A stretch of DNA of 64,000 bases. Source: a virus (lineage: Duplodnaviria; Caudoviricetes). Shown here piece after piece: positions 9,039 to 16,986 of this stretch. The notes beneath the pieces were generated by a model. The model was not told the DNA's origin. It searched no databases and saw only the letters and a program-made list of their open reading frames with translations. How positions within the stretch are numbered: position 1 is the first letter of the stretch; each line of letters opens with the position of its first letter. The stretch covers positions 1 through 64,000 of IMG/VR virus record IMGVR_UViG_3300032250_000449; one strand, written 5' to 3'. Both the position numbers and the translations under genes were made by a program.

Positions 9039-9511
9039 ATGATTTTTTCTTTATAATTAAGCCATCTGTGATATAACCCAACTTGTTTTCCATATGCATC
9101 ATGTTCCCATGGTGAATCATAATATACTGATTCATTATCTGATGCAATCCATTTTTGACCCATCCAAACATGACCAAGAGACAACTCATCAACATTCATG
9201 GCGAGAACATTATAAAGTTCACCCTTAGCAAACTGCTTAAGATGAATCATCTCATGTGCCAATGTATCAAAGATACTGGCATTTGTAAACTCTGGATTTA
9301 AATATATTGTAAATATTCTAGGATATTCTTCTTCGTCTTCAGTCACACAATGACCAGCACAATTCATATCAAAATCAATATCAATATCAAGTTCTATGTG
9401 CTCTTTGATATCATCTTCTAGAAGAATATCAGCATAAAACTTTGCTGCTTCTTCTAAAGCAACTAGAGTCTTGTTTGACCTAAGAGGTAATCCATAAACA
9501 TTAACAATCAT
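9035..9511 (-). CDS. Zn metallopeptidase-like protein
   Basis: TLAHEMIHLKQ (HExxH), PWEHDA. Confidence 0.8.
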   Translation of the reverse strand: MIVNVYGLPLRSNKTLVALEEAAKFYADILLEDDIKEHIELDIDIDFDMNCAGHCVTEDEEEYPRIFTIYLNPEFTNASIFDTLAHEMIHLKQFAKGELYNVLAMNVDELSLGHVWMGQKWIASDNESVYYDSPWEHDAYGKQVGLYHRWLNYKEKII

Positions 9512-9531
9512 TCATAATTCCTACTTTATGA

Positions 9532-9732
9532 TCAAACGATATCAGGCATCTTTGGATAGACCGCACTAATACCATGGCTGCGATCAATATATGCAACGAC
9601 CACTTCAAGTTCCCATTCGGGTTCTTCATCAGCAGTGATTGCGAAGTCTTCTAGATCACGTGCAAAACCATGGCTGATATAGTCCACAGCAGCAGCGAGA
9701 GCGGTGTCAGAACCAAAATAATCACTAAACAT
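9532..9732 (-). CDS. Hypothetical protein
   Basis: TGATG coupling. Confidence 0.55.
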   Translation of the reverse strand: MFSDYFGSDTALAAAVDYISHGFARDLEDFAITADEEPEWELEVVVAYIDRSHGISAVYPKMPDIV

Positions 9733-10031
9733 CAGTCTTTCTCCTCACGATAGTCGTTTCCAATTATGCTGGCAGCATAGTTCAGAAGCTCTAGCACATC
9801 TTCAGGTGTCTGTCTACCCTGAACATCATCGCCCTTATACTGGACAAAATCACCATTTGGAGCAAGCAACGCCGTCTCAGCAGTGCGTGATGGTGGTACA
9901 GCCTTATCACGATAGTCCATGATCCTAAGATCATAGTTATCACAGTAGTTGCCAGCACCAAACTGTACAGACACCGTGTATCCGTTGTCGAAGGTGATGT
10001 GAAATCCCTTCTGATAACAAGTCTTAAACAT
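9732..10031 (-). CDS. Hypothetical phage protein
   Basis: GFHITFDNGYTVSVQFGAGNYC; TAATG coupling. Confidence 0.7.
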   Translation of the reverse strand: MFKTCYQKGFHITFDNGYTVSVQFGAGNYCDNYDLRIMDYRDKAVPPSRTAETALLAPNGDFVQYKGDDVQGRQTPEDVLELLNYAASIIGNDYREEKD

Positions 10032-10372
10032 TATGCAGCCTTTCGTGCGTTGATGCGATCATCAATGTACTTGTCGAAACCATCCTTCGAAACTTCGTAG
10101 CCGTCACGCTTCAGCCAAGTCTTGATGTGCGGCAGAAGATAACCCTTCTCTTCAACAATCTTGAGAGGAGCAACACCAGCATCATACTCAGCAAAATACT
10201 CTTCAACCGTGAAGTTCTTGATGAGAAAGGTCTTGAACGAACCAGCACCATCCTTAGCATGTTTGAACCGAGCAATAAACTTACGTTCGCCCCAAGGGGT
10301 CATAATACCATTAGGAGCATAGTAGAGATAAGCACCATCCTGAAGAACGTTTTCCTTAGTGAACTTGGTCAT
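10031..10372 (-). CDS. Hypothetical early protein
   Basis: True start MTKFTKEN after AAGGA RBS; track extension is promoter DNA. Confidence 0.7.
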   Translation of the reverse strand: MTKFTKENVLQDGAYLYYAPNGIMTPWGERKFIARFKHAKDGAGSFKTFLIKNFTVEEYFAEYDAGVAPLKIVEEKGYLLPHIKTWLKRDGYEVSKDGFDKYIDDRINARKAA

Positions 10373-10378
10373 GGTAGG

Positions 10379-10429
10379 TTCCTTTCGTCTTGATGAACCT
10401 CTTCTATAATGATTCACGATTCGGGTCAA
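10379..10429 (-). promoter_or_regulatory. Early promoter/leader repeat copy 1
   Basis: TTGACC-CGAATCGTGAATCATTA-TAGAAG..CATCAAGACGAAAGGAA. Confidence 0.8.
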
Positions 10430-10442
10430 GAGCTTTTTTTAA

Positions 10443-10964
10443 TTAAGCACCAACTTCGTTGATAAAGTTCATGATCTTTTCGGCAGTTTCGGCATCGACC
10501 TTGCCAAAATCCCACTTCATGTGAACCTTACCCTCTTCAAATTCAGAAGCAAAAACAGCACAATCGCTGCTAGAATAGTTCGAAACAAAACGACGACCCT
10601 TGTACATACCAATGATACGCTCAACAATCGACTTGTTGGAAGTGGCCTTTTCCATACGAGCCTTGTCTTCAGCAGCCTGACGCTTCTTTACAGCAACATA
10701 TTCGACAACAACAGCCTTCACCGCTTCCAGATCGAATTCGTTATCCAGTTCCTTGCGAGTACGCAGGATGGTATCACGATTGCCACGACCACGATAAGGG
10801 CTAGACATGCGAAACTGGAAACGACCAGTTGCCTTAGCCCTCCAACCAGAGGTATACATCTCTGTAACGTCAACCGAAACCCAAACGCCATCAATCCGGT
10901 TGTCAAAGATACCAATTGCGTTGTAAACAGCTTCCTTAGCAGCTTCAGTGTTCTTGTAAGCCAT
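10443..10964 (-). CDS. Hypothetical early protein
   Basis: True start MAYKNTE after AAGGA RBS. Confidence 0.7.
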   Translation of the reverse strand: MAYKNTEAAKEAVYNAIGIFDNRIDGVWVSVDVTEMYTSGWRAKATGRFQFRMSSPYRGRGNRDTILRTRKELDNEFDLEAVKAVVVEYVAVKKRQAAEDKARMEKATSNKSIVERIIGMYKGRRFVSNYSSSDCAVFASEFEEGKVHMKWDFGKVDAETAEKIMNFINEVGA

Positions 10965-10970
10965 GATTAA

Positions 10971-11021
10971 TTCCTTTCGTCTTGATGAGACTCTTCTATA
11001 ATGGTTTGTGATTCGTGTCAA
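10971..11021 (-). promoter_or_regulatory. Early promoter/leader repeat copy 2
   Basis: TTGACA-CGAATCACAAACCATTA-TAGAAG..CATCAAGACGAAAGGAA. Confidence 0.8.
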
Positions 11022-11024
11022 CAC

Positions 11025-11061
11025 AAAAAAATACCCCTCTGAAAATTAATTCAGAGGGGGT
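11025..11061 (-). terminator. Rho-independent terminator
   Basis: CCCCTCTGAA/TTCAGAGGGG stem followed by T7 on minus strand. Confidence 0.8.
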
Positions 11062-11083
11062 GAGGATATCAAAAAAGGAAATA

Positions 11084-11485
11084 TTATTTTGAAGCAAGTA
11101 ATATTCTATTTCTCAATTCGGTTGAGCTATAGGTATGCCTTCTTTTACAATAATGGATAGGAATACCAAGACCAAATCCGGTGTGTGGTTTTTCAGCATA
11201 ATCTTCGCCCAAAAAACGAATATCAATTTCAGAGTTTGCTAGAAGATTTAACAAATCTTTTTCAGTGTCATATGGAATAATTTCGTCTACAGCCTCTAAT
11301 GATATGAGTTGTAGGTATCTCTCAAATGTAGACTGAATTGGTTTATTTTTTTCAGGTCTATCAATTGTTGGATCGGTATGAAGACCAACAACCAACCAAT
11401 CACAGTTTGATTTTGCTTCTTCTAGCATAAGAATATGCCCTGCATGAAGCAAATCAAACGCACCACATGTAAACCCTATCTTCAT
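11084..11485 (-). CDS. Cytidylyltransferase (TagD/glycerol-3-phosphate CT-like)
   Basis: GAFDLLHAGH (HxGH), SSTELR. Confidence 0.9.
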   Translation of the reverse strand: MKIGFTCGAFDLLHAGHILMLEEAKSNCDWLVVGLHTDPTIDRPEKNKPIQSTFERYLQLISLEAVDEIIPYDTEKDLLNLLANSEIDIRFLGEDYAEKPHTGFGLGIPIHYCKRRHTYSSTELRNRILLASK

Positions 11486-12003
11486 TGATGCTTACTCAAA
11501 AATTCAAGAATTTCAATAATATGAACATCAACTTGATGATCTTCGTAAACAATACCCTCACCACCAGCATTGGTGAAATGAATGATATTCTTACCATGAT
11601 CATCGATCAGAAGGGTCTTTGGACCAGCAAGAATGCTCTTGTCAGCACCAGATGATGTTGCACAGAAAGGAATTTTGTTCAACTGTGGAAAGTTCTTTTC
11701 CAACCAAGCCTTCTTCTGGCGAATTACTTCGCTGAAAGGTTCGTAGAATTCACCATGCGATGTAAGAATGGCAAGCTTTACCTTACCCAACTTATGGTAC
11801 TTGACAAGAAAGTCAACAAGAACAGATGCATTAGGCATAGGAGCCTGTGTATAAAAACCATTAGCTTCTACGTACTGAGGAAGCCACTTCTTAAAGAAAG
11901 CACCACGATTATCAGTGATATTAGGATCACCGCTAAGCTCAACGATACCAGCGTGAAGATCGGCTAGTACGCCGTCCATGTCAATAAAAATAGTAGGGAT
12001 CAT
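11482..12003 (-). CDS. 5'(3')-deoxyribonucleotidase, HAD family
   Basis: DMDGVLAD, ILTS, KKAWL, LIDD. Confidence 0.88.
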   Translation of the reverse strand: MIPTIFIDMDGVLADLHAGIVELSGDPNITDNRGAFFKKWLPQYVEANGFYTQAPMPNASVLVDFLVKYHKLGKVKLAILTSHGEFYEPFSEVIRQKKAWLEKNFPQLNKIPFCATSSGADKSILAGPKTLLIDDHGKNIIHFTNAGGEGIVYEDHQVDVHIIEILEFLSKHQ

Positions 12004-12443
12004 ACGATTCGTTCCTTATACTCTGTCTTTGGTGTATAAGGGAATTGTACAGGAACACGGCTATCTTTGCAAGTGAAATGTGACTTAAACTTTTCACCAG
12101 TTTCTGAATCAGTATACCAATCCCAGAAAACAATACCATCAATATCGTAGGCTTCACCGTTTTCCTTGAAAACACGACTACAACGCTTGTTCTGGTATAC
12201 ACCATCACCAACTTCATTCCACTCATCGTCTTCACCAGTGAGTGGTGAAAGTGGTTCATAACGAAGAAGCTTTTCTAGGCAATTGACTGCATAGTTTGCA
12301 GAGAAACCACTATGTCCTTCGTCATCAAAGGCTTCAACCATGCGAATAATATGTTCACGCATAGCCACATTCATTTCATCATCACTATCAGCAGTCATGC
12401 CAATACGATCAAGTTCACTCTTTGCATAATCAATAAAACTCAT
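12000..12443 (-). CDS. Conserved hypothetical phage protein
   Basis: GHSGFSA, PLSPLTGEDDEW, QNKRCSRVFK. Confidence 0.75.
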   Translation of the reverse strand: MSFIDYAKSELDRIGMTADSDDEMNVAMREHIIRMVEAFDDEGHSGFSANYAVNCLEKLLRYEPLSPLTGEDDEWNEVGDGVYQNKRCSRVFKENGEAYDIDGIVFWDWYTDSETGEKFKSHFTCKDSRVPVQFPYTPKTEYKERIV

Positions 12444-12448
12444 AATTT

Positions 12449-13147
12449 TTAATCCCATAATCCAAAATAATACTTTGCGAAAAGTCTGTGTCCGTTTTTG
12501 ATTCGCTCATAATGTGCTTTCTTTCTTTCATCATCAACCCAATAAGCTGGCTTGTTTGGGTCTTTCTGGTGATTGAATTGAATAGATTTCATACCCTTGC
12601 CATCAAGGCTTTCATCACCAGTGCTTTCAAACTTCATTTCAAGTTGATCAATATTATGATAGAAAATACTGTCACCATTATCATGATCGGTACACTGTTC
12701 AAATGCCCAAATCATCTCATCAAGAACCCAATTCCAACGATCAAAATGCTTATCGTCTGTATCCCATTCATTTTCTTTGGGACCAGCAGCAGTTGACTTA
12801 ATATGATCAGGAACATCCTCATCATCAACATTTGGAGAGCCGTGCATTTGTTCTTTAAGTTTGACAAGAACAGGATGAATGATAAGTGCTAATGTATGAT
12901 CAGCAGACCATACATCATAGTTATCGACACGAACCTTTATCTTACGCTTACGACGATTGCCCCAACGATTAATAGGAAGAACTAGGTCAAATAGCTTATC
13001 AAGAAATCCATATACAATTTTGTCGATACGATCATAATCCTCTTCATCACGATGATAAGTCTTATGACGCCAGACAGTATATGAAATTTCCCAACGACGA
13101 ATTGGGATTAAATCGCCTGAATAAGGTCCAATGTTAACACGCATCAT
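12449..13147 (-). CDS. Conserved T4-like hypothetical protein
   Basis: YDVWSADHTLA.II.P.L, W.WVLDEMIWAF, G.RLFAKYY..LWD. Confidence 0.8.
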   Translation of the reverse strand: MMRVNIGPYSGDLIPIRRWEISYTVWRHKTYHRDEEDYDRIDKIVYGFLDKLFDLVLPINRWGNRRKRKIKVRVDNYDVWSADHTLALIIHPVLVKLKEQMHGSPNVDDEDVPDHIKSTAAGPKENEWDTDDKHFDRWNWVLDEMIWAFEQCTDHDNGDSIFYHNIDQLEMKFESTGDESLDGKGMKSIQFNHQKDPNKPAYWVDDERKKAHYERIKNGHRLFAKYYFGLWD

Positions 13148-13267
13148 CTATCCTTATAATGTTCATATGCCTTCTTTGCACCAATGAATGCAAGTCCAGT
13201 AACACCAAATACAGCAAAAAATGCTACTCGTTTACCCCACTTAATACCTTCTGACTTTAGATTTTCT

Positions 13268-13540
13268 TTATCCATTGTCTTCAATCCTATGGACATATTT
13301 TTCCATTACATAGTTATCATCGAAACGACCAACTAGGTATGGGTGATCTTTAAAGTATAGAACGGGGATTTCTTCGTCTGTGATTTCACGGCAACTAAAG
13401 ATATTTTCATCAATATGATCTTGACTGAATTCAATAGGCTCATTCATTACAACACTATCCATGGCAATTGTTTCATTATCACAATCAACCACATAACGAA
13501 TACGATGCGTTACAACAGTTTCTACTAGATACTTTGGCAT
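13268..13540 (-). CDS. Hypothetical protein (paralog of 4057..4350)
   Basis: Start MPKYLVET directly after peroxiredoxin stop. Confidence 0.7.
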   Translation of the reverse strand: MPKYLVETVVTHRIRYVVDCDNETIAMDSVVMNEPIEFSQDHIDENIFSCREITDEEIPVLYFKDHPYLVGRFDDNYVMEKYVHRIEDNG

Positions 13541-13541
13541 T

Positions 13542-14114
13542 TTACTGCCCTCCCAACCATTCCAAAATGTTTTCAGGTGAAGTTTCTCCATATGGATCAT
13601 CTTCAACATCATGATTAAATCCGGGTTCAATAAACCACTTTTCAATCATGCCGTTATTCACGATTATAGCATAACGCCACGAACGATATCCAAATCCAAG
13701 GTTATCCTTAGCTACACTCATACCCATCTGGCGAGTGAATACACCACTTCCATCAGGAATTACAACAACATTTTCAAGATTTTGCTGCTTTGCCCATGCA
13801 TTCATAACAAATGCATCATTGACAGAAACACAATAAATTTCATCAATACCAAGATCATAAAAATCAGTGGCATACTTATCAAAACCGGGTAGCTGCATTG
13901 TCGAACATGTTGGTGTGAAAGCACCGGGAAGTGAGAATAGAACTACACGCTTTCCTGCAAAAAGATCAAACGTGGTTACGTCTTGCCAACGATATGGATT
14001 TGGACCTTCGATAGAATCGTCACGAACACGTGTCTTGAAGATAACTGAAGGAATAATTTTTGGAAGATAGTCTTCCATGGGATACTCACTAGCATTACCT
14101 AACATTATTGACAT
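13542..14114 (-). CDS. Peroxiredoxin (Prx5/redoxin family)
   Basis: LPGAFTPTCS, SVNDAFVM, PDGSG.FT, RSWRYA; start MSIMLG with AAGGA RBS. Confidence 0.93.
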   Translation of the reverse strand: MSIMLGNASEYPMEDYLPKIIPSVIFKTRVRDDSIEGPNPYRWQDVTTFDLFAGKRVVLFSLPGAFTPTCSTMQLPGFDKYATDFYDLGIDEIYCVSVNDAFVMNAWAKQQNLENVVVIPDGSGVFTRQMGMSVAKDNLGFGYRSWRYAIIVNNGMIEKWFIEPGFNHDVEDDPYGETSPENILEWLGGQ

Positions 14115-14143
14115 AATATATTTCCTTATTTCAATTAAAAAAA

Positions 14144-14225
14144 TGGCGCTCCCGGAGGGACTCGAACCCCCATACTCCAATTACAGCGTTAACGACCGCT
14201 TAGAAGGCGGGACTGATACGGGAGC
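14144..14225 (-). tRNA. Atypical tRNA-Arg(UCU)-like RNA, 82 nt, encoded CCA, no canonical D-arm
   Basis: Acceptor GCTCCCG/CGGGAGC-G-CCA; T-arm GGGGG-TTCGAGT-CCCTC; anticodon arm CCGC-CTTCTAA-GCGG only 8 nt after acceptor strand; 24-nt extra region containing CTGTAATTGGAGTA. Confidence 0.8.
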
Positions 14226-14236
14226 TTATGACAAAT

Positions 14237-14265
14237 CATTTAACGATTCGTTTCAGATTTGTCAA
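14237..14265 (-). promoter_or_regulatory. Sigma70-type promoter of the tRNA
   Basis: TTGACA-N17(contains CGAATCG)-TAAATG, 11 nt upstream of tRNA 5' end. Confidence 0.65.
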
Positions 14266-14273
14266 GAACTTTT

Positions 14274-14441
14274 TTATCCAATACGATTTAATCGATGAAG
14301 AAGATTTGAGATGTGACGCTGTTCTTCTGTGGTAAGATCATTGGCTACGTCTATATAAAAGTGTAATGATTCTTTGATAATCTTGATATCAGCAGGAGCA
14401 AACGTACCACCCCTTGCTTCCTTTGGTTTAGTATCTACCAT
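14274..14441 (-). CDS. 55-aa hypothetical protein
   Basis: MVDTKPKEARGGTFAPAD...NLLHRLNRIG; AAGGA RBS. Confidence 0.6.
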   Translation of the reverse strand: MVDTKPKEARGGTFAPADIKIIKESLHFYIDVANDLTTEEQRHISNLLHRLNRIG

Positions 14442-14456
14442 AACGAAAATCCTTTA

Positions 14457-14855
14457 TTACTTCTTCTTACCAATATTATACTTAGGTGTCAAGTGCCATT
14501 CGTTCTTTTCCTTGTGGGAAAGAATCTTAATCTGATTCATAGGAGCACGAACTTCATCTGCTTGCTTTTGATCAACAATCTTAAGCAATCCCCAATCCTG
14601 TAGCAGATTAGCAATCGTATTTCTACGACCTTTATCCTCATCAGAGAAATTGCTTGGTTTGCCGTCAAGAGCGAACATTTCCTTGAAATGTGTAATGTAA
14701 AATCTTCCTTGCTTATGCAAGATATGACAAGATTGATATAGTGTTTTGTCTTTACGTGACGCAATACCAATACGAGTGAGTGTTTCTCTAACCTTTAGGA
14801 AATCATCTTCTTCACCTAACTTTACCTCTAAAAGAGTATCAACAATATTTCTCAT
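14457..14855 (-). CDS. regA: Translational repressor RegA
   Basis: DDFLKVRETLTRIGIAS, LYQSCHILHKQG, HFKEMF. Confidence 0.96.
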   Translation of the reverse strand: MRNIVDTLLEVKLGEEDDFLKVRETLTRIGIASRKDKTLYQSCHILHKQGRFYITHFKEMFALDGKPSNFSDEDKGRRNTIANLLQDWGLLKIVDQKQADEVRAPMNQIKILSHKEKNEWHLTPKYNIGKKK

Positions 14856-14857
14856 AG

Positions 14858-15244
14858 TTATCCACCTTTATTCAACCTTCTTTTTATTTCATTTATTTGT
14901 TGCGGCGAAAGTAAGGATAAGGCGGCTTCAGCTTTTGATGTATTGTATTTGTAATACTCTTTTACTGCCTCAATATCACTATCTTCCTGTTTTTTCACCC
15001 ACTTTGAAAATCTTTTTTTGGGTCTGATACTATTTAGGAAATACTGATATTTGAGTTTATTATCGATATGATTGAATAAATTCATCTCGTTTGCATAAAA
15101 CAAGGTATCTGGAAAGTATGAAAGAGACTTATTAGTTAGATATGAGTTGTATGCAGATTCAGCCAACTCATCGTTTTCTGTTCCTGTCATCATGTCATTC
15201 TTGCCATATGTGATCGAAGTCACATAATCGAAAGGATTACTCAT
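14858..15244 (-). CDS. 62: Clamp loader small subunit
   Basis: LSYFPDT..ANEMN, RPKKRFSKW; synteny. Confidence 0.92.
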   Translation of the reverse strand: MSNPFDYVTSITYGKNDMMTGTENDELAESAYNSYLTNKSLSYFPDTLFYANEMNLFNHIDNKLKYQYFLNSIRPKKRFSKWVKKQEDSDIEAVKEYYKYNTSKAEAALSLLSPQQINEIKRRLNKGG

Positions 15245-15399
15245 CTAAAATTCTCTTTGATTGTTCAATAAAATATTCGGTAAGACCATCTACTTCTTCA
15301 AATTTTTTTTGGACTTGAATGCGAATAGGTTCAATCTTACGATCAAGCTTATTTTTTTCACGTATAAGCATCAATAAGTCTTTTACCAGTTGTTCATCT

Positions 15400-15597
15400 T
15401 CATATGTCATCATCAATCAACTTTCCATTCTTTTCAAGAATATTATGAGACTGCTCCATGACGTATGTGCACTTAGGACATACGTCATGGATTTCCAATA
15501 CGCCTTCAGCAGTATCAATCTGGAATGTCGTTGTCTTGTGCTTAGAATCAATTACACTATCACACAAAGGACATTTCTTACGCTTCCAGAAACTCAT
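15400..15597 (-). CDS. Zn-finger hypothetical protein
   Basis: CPLC...CPKC; ATGA overlap with gene 44. Confidence 0.6.
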   Translation of the reverse strand: MSFWKRKKCPLCDSVIDSKHKTTTFQIDTAEGVLEIHDVCPKCTYVMEQSHNILEKNGKLIDDDI

Positions 15598-16535
15598 AGA
15601 TACTCCAACTCTACCATCATTTCAGTCAAACATGCCATCAGATTGATTTCATGATCAGCAACAAATGCAGCTTGGTGCTGATATTTTGCCAAAATAAGAA
15701 CTAACTGTGGCACAGAATTCTTTACAACATGGTCGCTAGCAGTATCATACAATGTGCGGAAGATAGCAACACTATCGGTATCAGAGTTTTCTGCTACCCA
15801 CTTACGAGCATTCGTGAATTCCTTGTCCTTTAGAAAACCAATGAGAGCCTTGATAGACGTTTCCTTGAGATTAGCAAGGATACCGCTATCAATACGTCCT
15901 GTGGCACTATAACGCTGCAATTCATTAAGAACACGTCTCCAATCAGGATGGTGCTTCTTAATCAACTCAGCAACAACAGCCTTGTCATATTCAATTCCTT
16001 CTTCTTCAAGGATTGCACAAGAACGCTTCATCATTTGCTTAGCAAGATCAGGAAGTTCCTTCTTAGGAATCTTGAAGTCAATAGGAACACAACGTGAATT
16101 AGCAATAGGACCAATGATACGGTTTTTGAAGTTGCACGTAAGAATAAAGCCACAGTTCTTCGAAAACTCTTCCATAAAGTTACGAAGTGCTGGCTGTGTC
16201 GAGTTTGGATTTAGGTAATCGGCTTCGTCTAGAATGACATACTTACGCATACCAGTGAATGAAATTGATGAAGCGAACCTCATAATTTCATTACGTAGTG
16301 TGTCAATATTGCCGTTCAACGAACCATTGATAACGATATAATCAACACCAAGCTCTTCAAGCATAGCACGTGCTACCGTGGTCTTACCACAACCAGCAGG
16401 ACCAGAAAGAAGAAGGTTTGGAATATTCTTCTGCTCAACGAATGCCTTAAAGGTTTCTTTCAACTCAGCAGGAAGAATTGTGTCATCAATAGTACGTGGG
16501 CGATGACGTTCCACCCACAAAAATTCTTCTAGCAT
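15594..16535 (-). CDS. 44: Clamp loader large subunit (AAA+)
   Basis: LWVERHRP, GPAGCGKT, ILDEAD, SRC. Confidence 0.96.
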   Translation of the reverse strand: MLEEFLWVERHRPRTIDDTILPAELKETFKAFVEQKNIPNLLLSGPAGCGKTTVARAMLEELGVDYIVINGSLNGNIDTLRNEIMRFASSISFTGMRKYVILDEADYLNPNSTQPALRNFMEEFSKNCGFILTCNFKNRIIGPIANSRCVPIDFKIPKKELPDLAKQMMKRSCAILEEEGIEYDKAVVAELIKKHHPDWRRVLNELQRYSATGRIDSGILANLKETSIKALIGFLKDKEFTNARKWVAENSDTDSVAIFRTLYDTASDHVVKNSVPQLVLILAKYQHQAAFVADHEINLMACLTEMMVELEYL

Positions 16536-16544
16536 AATATATCC

Positions 16545-16892
16545 TTATGAGTAGTGAACAAATGAGATAACCTTCCATGGTCTATCAACCAGATGGGCAA
16601 ACGCCGGGAAAGTTTCAGCAAAGTCCTTTATATACTCTTCACGATTTTTGTCAAGATCATTAATGTCAACCTCAACAAAACCAGTTGGTGCTTCCCAACG
16701 CATACTCTCTGTTTCCAGAATAGAAACGCCAAAGACCATATATTCGCCCATCATACCATCCATAACGATATATGGTAGACTTGCACCATTATCTTCACTA
16801 TCAGCATAAGCATCTTCGTATGCGTCACTGAACTCATCAGTCCATTCAGTCTTAACGCCATACATTGTCATAAATCTTGTATCAACACCCAT
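16545..16892 (-). CDS. Hypothetical protein
   Basis: Start MGVDTR with GGAG RBS. Confidence 0.65.
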   Translation of the reverse strand: MGVDTRFMTMYGVKTEWTDEFSDAYEDAYADSEDNGASLPYIVMDGMMGEYMVFGVSILETESMRWEAPTGFVEVDINDLDKNREEYIKDFAETFPAFAHLVDRPWKVISFVHYS

Positions 16893-16908
16893 ATCAATTC
16901 TCCATAAT

Positions 16909-16974
16909 AAAAAAAGGTTTAAGAGATGGCTAGAAAGTATATTCACACTACACTTCTAGCACATTTCTTAAACC
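16909..16974 (-). terminator. Long imperfect hairpin plus U7 after gene 45
   Basis: GGTTTAAGA/TCTTAAACC, ATG/CAT, GCTAGAA/TTCTAGC, GTGTA/TATAC stacked stems. Confidence 0.55.
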
Positions 16975-16986
16975 GACACAATTAGA

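Noticed and set aside
10373-11024. Apparent shared N-terminal peptide TRI.NHYRR.SSRRKE in two ORFs
   Set aside because: It is a translation of the duplicated promoter/leader DNA, not a protein motif.
14115-14180. ORF-track N-terminal extension of peroxiredoxin
   Set aside because: It runs through the tRNA 3' half; a good RBS precedes ATG 14114.
14144-14225. Alternative reading of the tRNA as Tyr(GUA) via loop CTGTAAT or Asn(GUU) via TCGTTAA
   Set aside because: The flanking stems pair poorly (at most 2-3 weak pairs), whereas CTTCTAA is closed by four G-C pairs and matches Arg identity elements.
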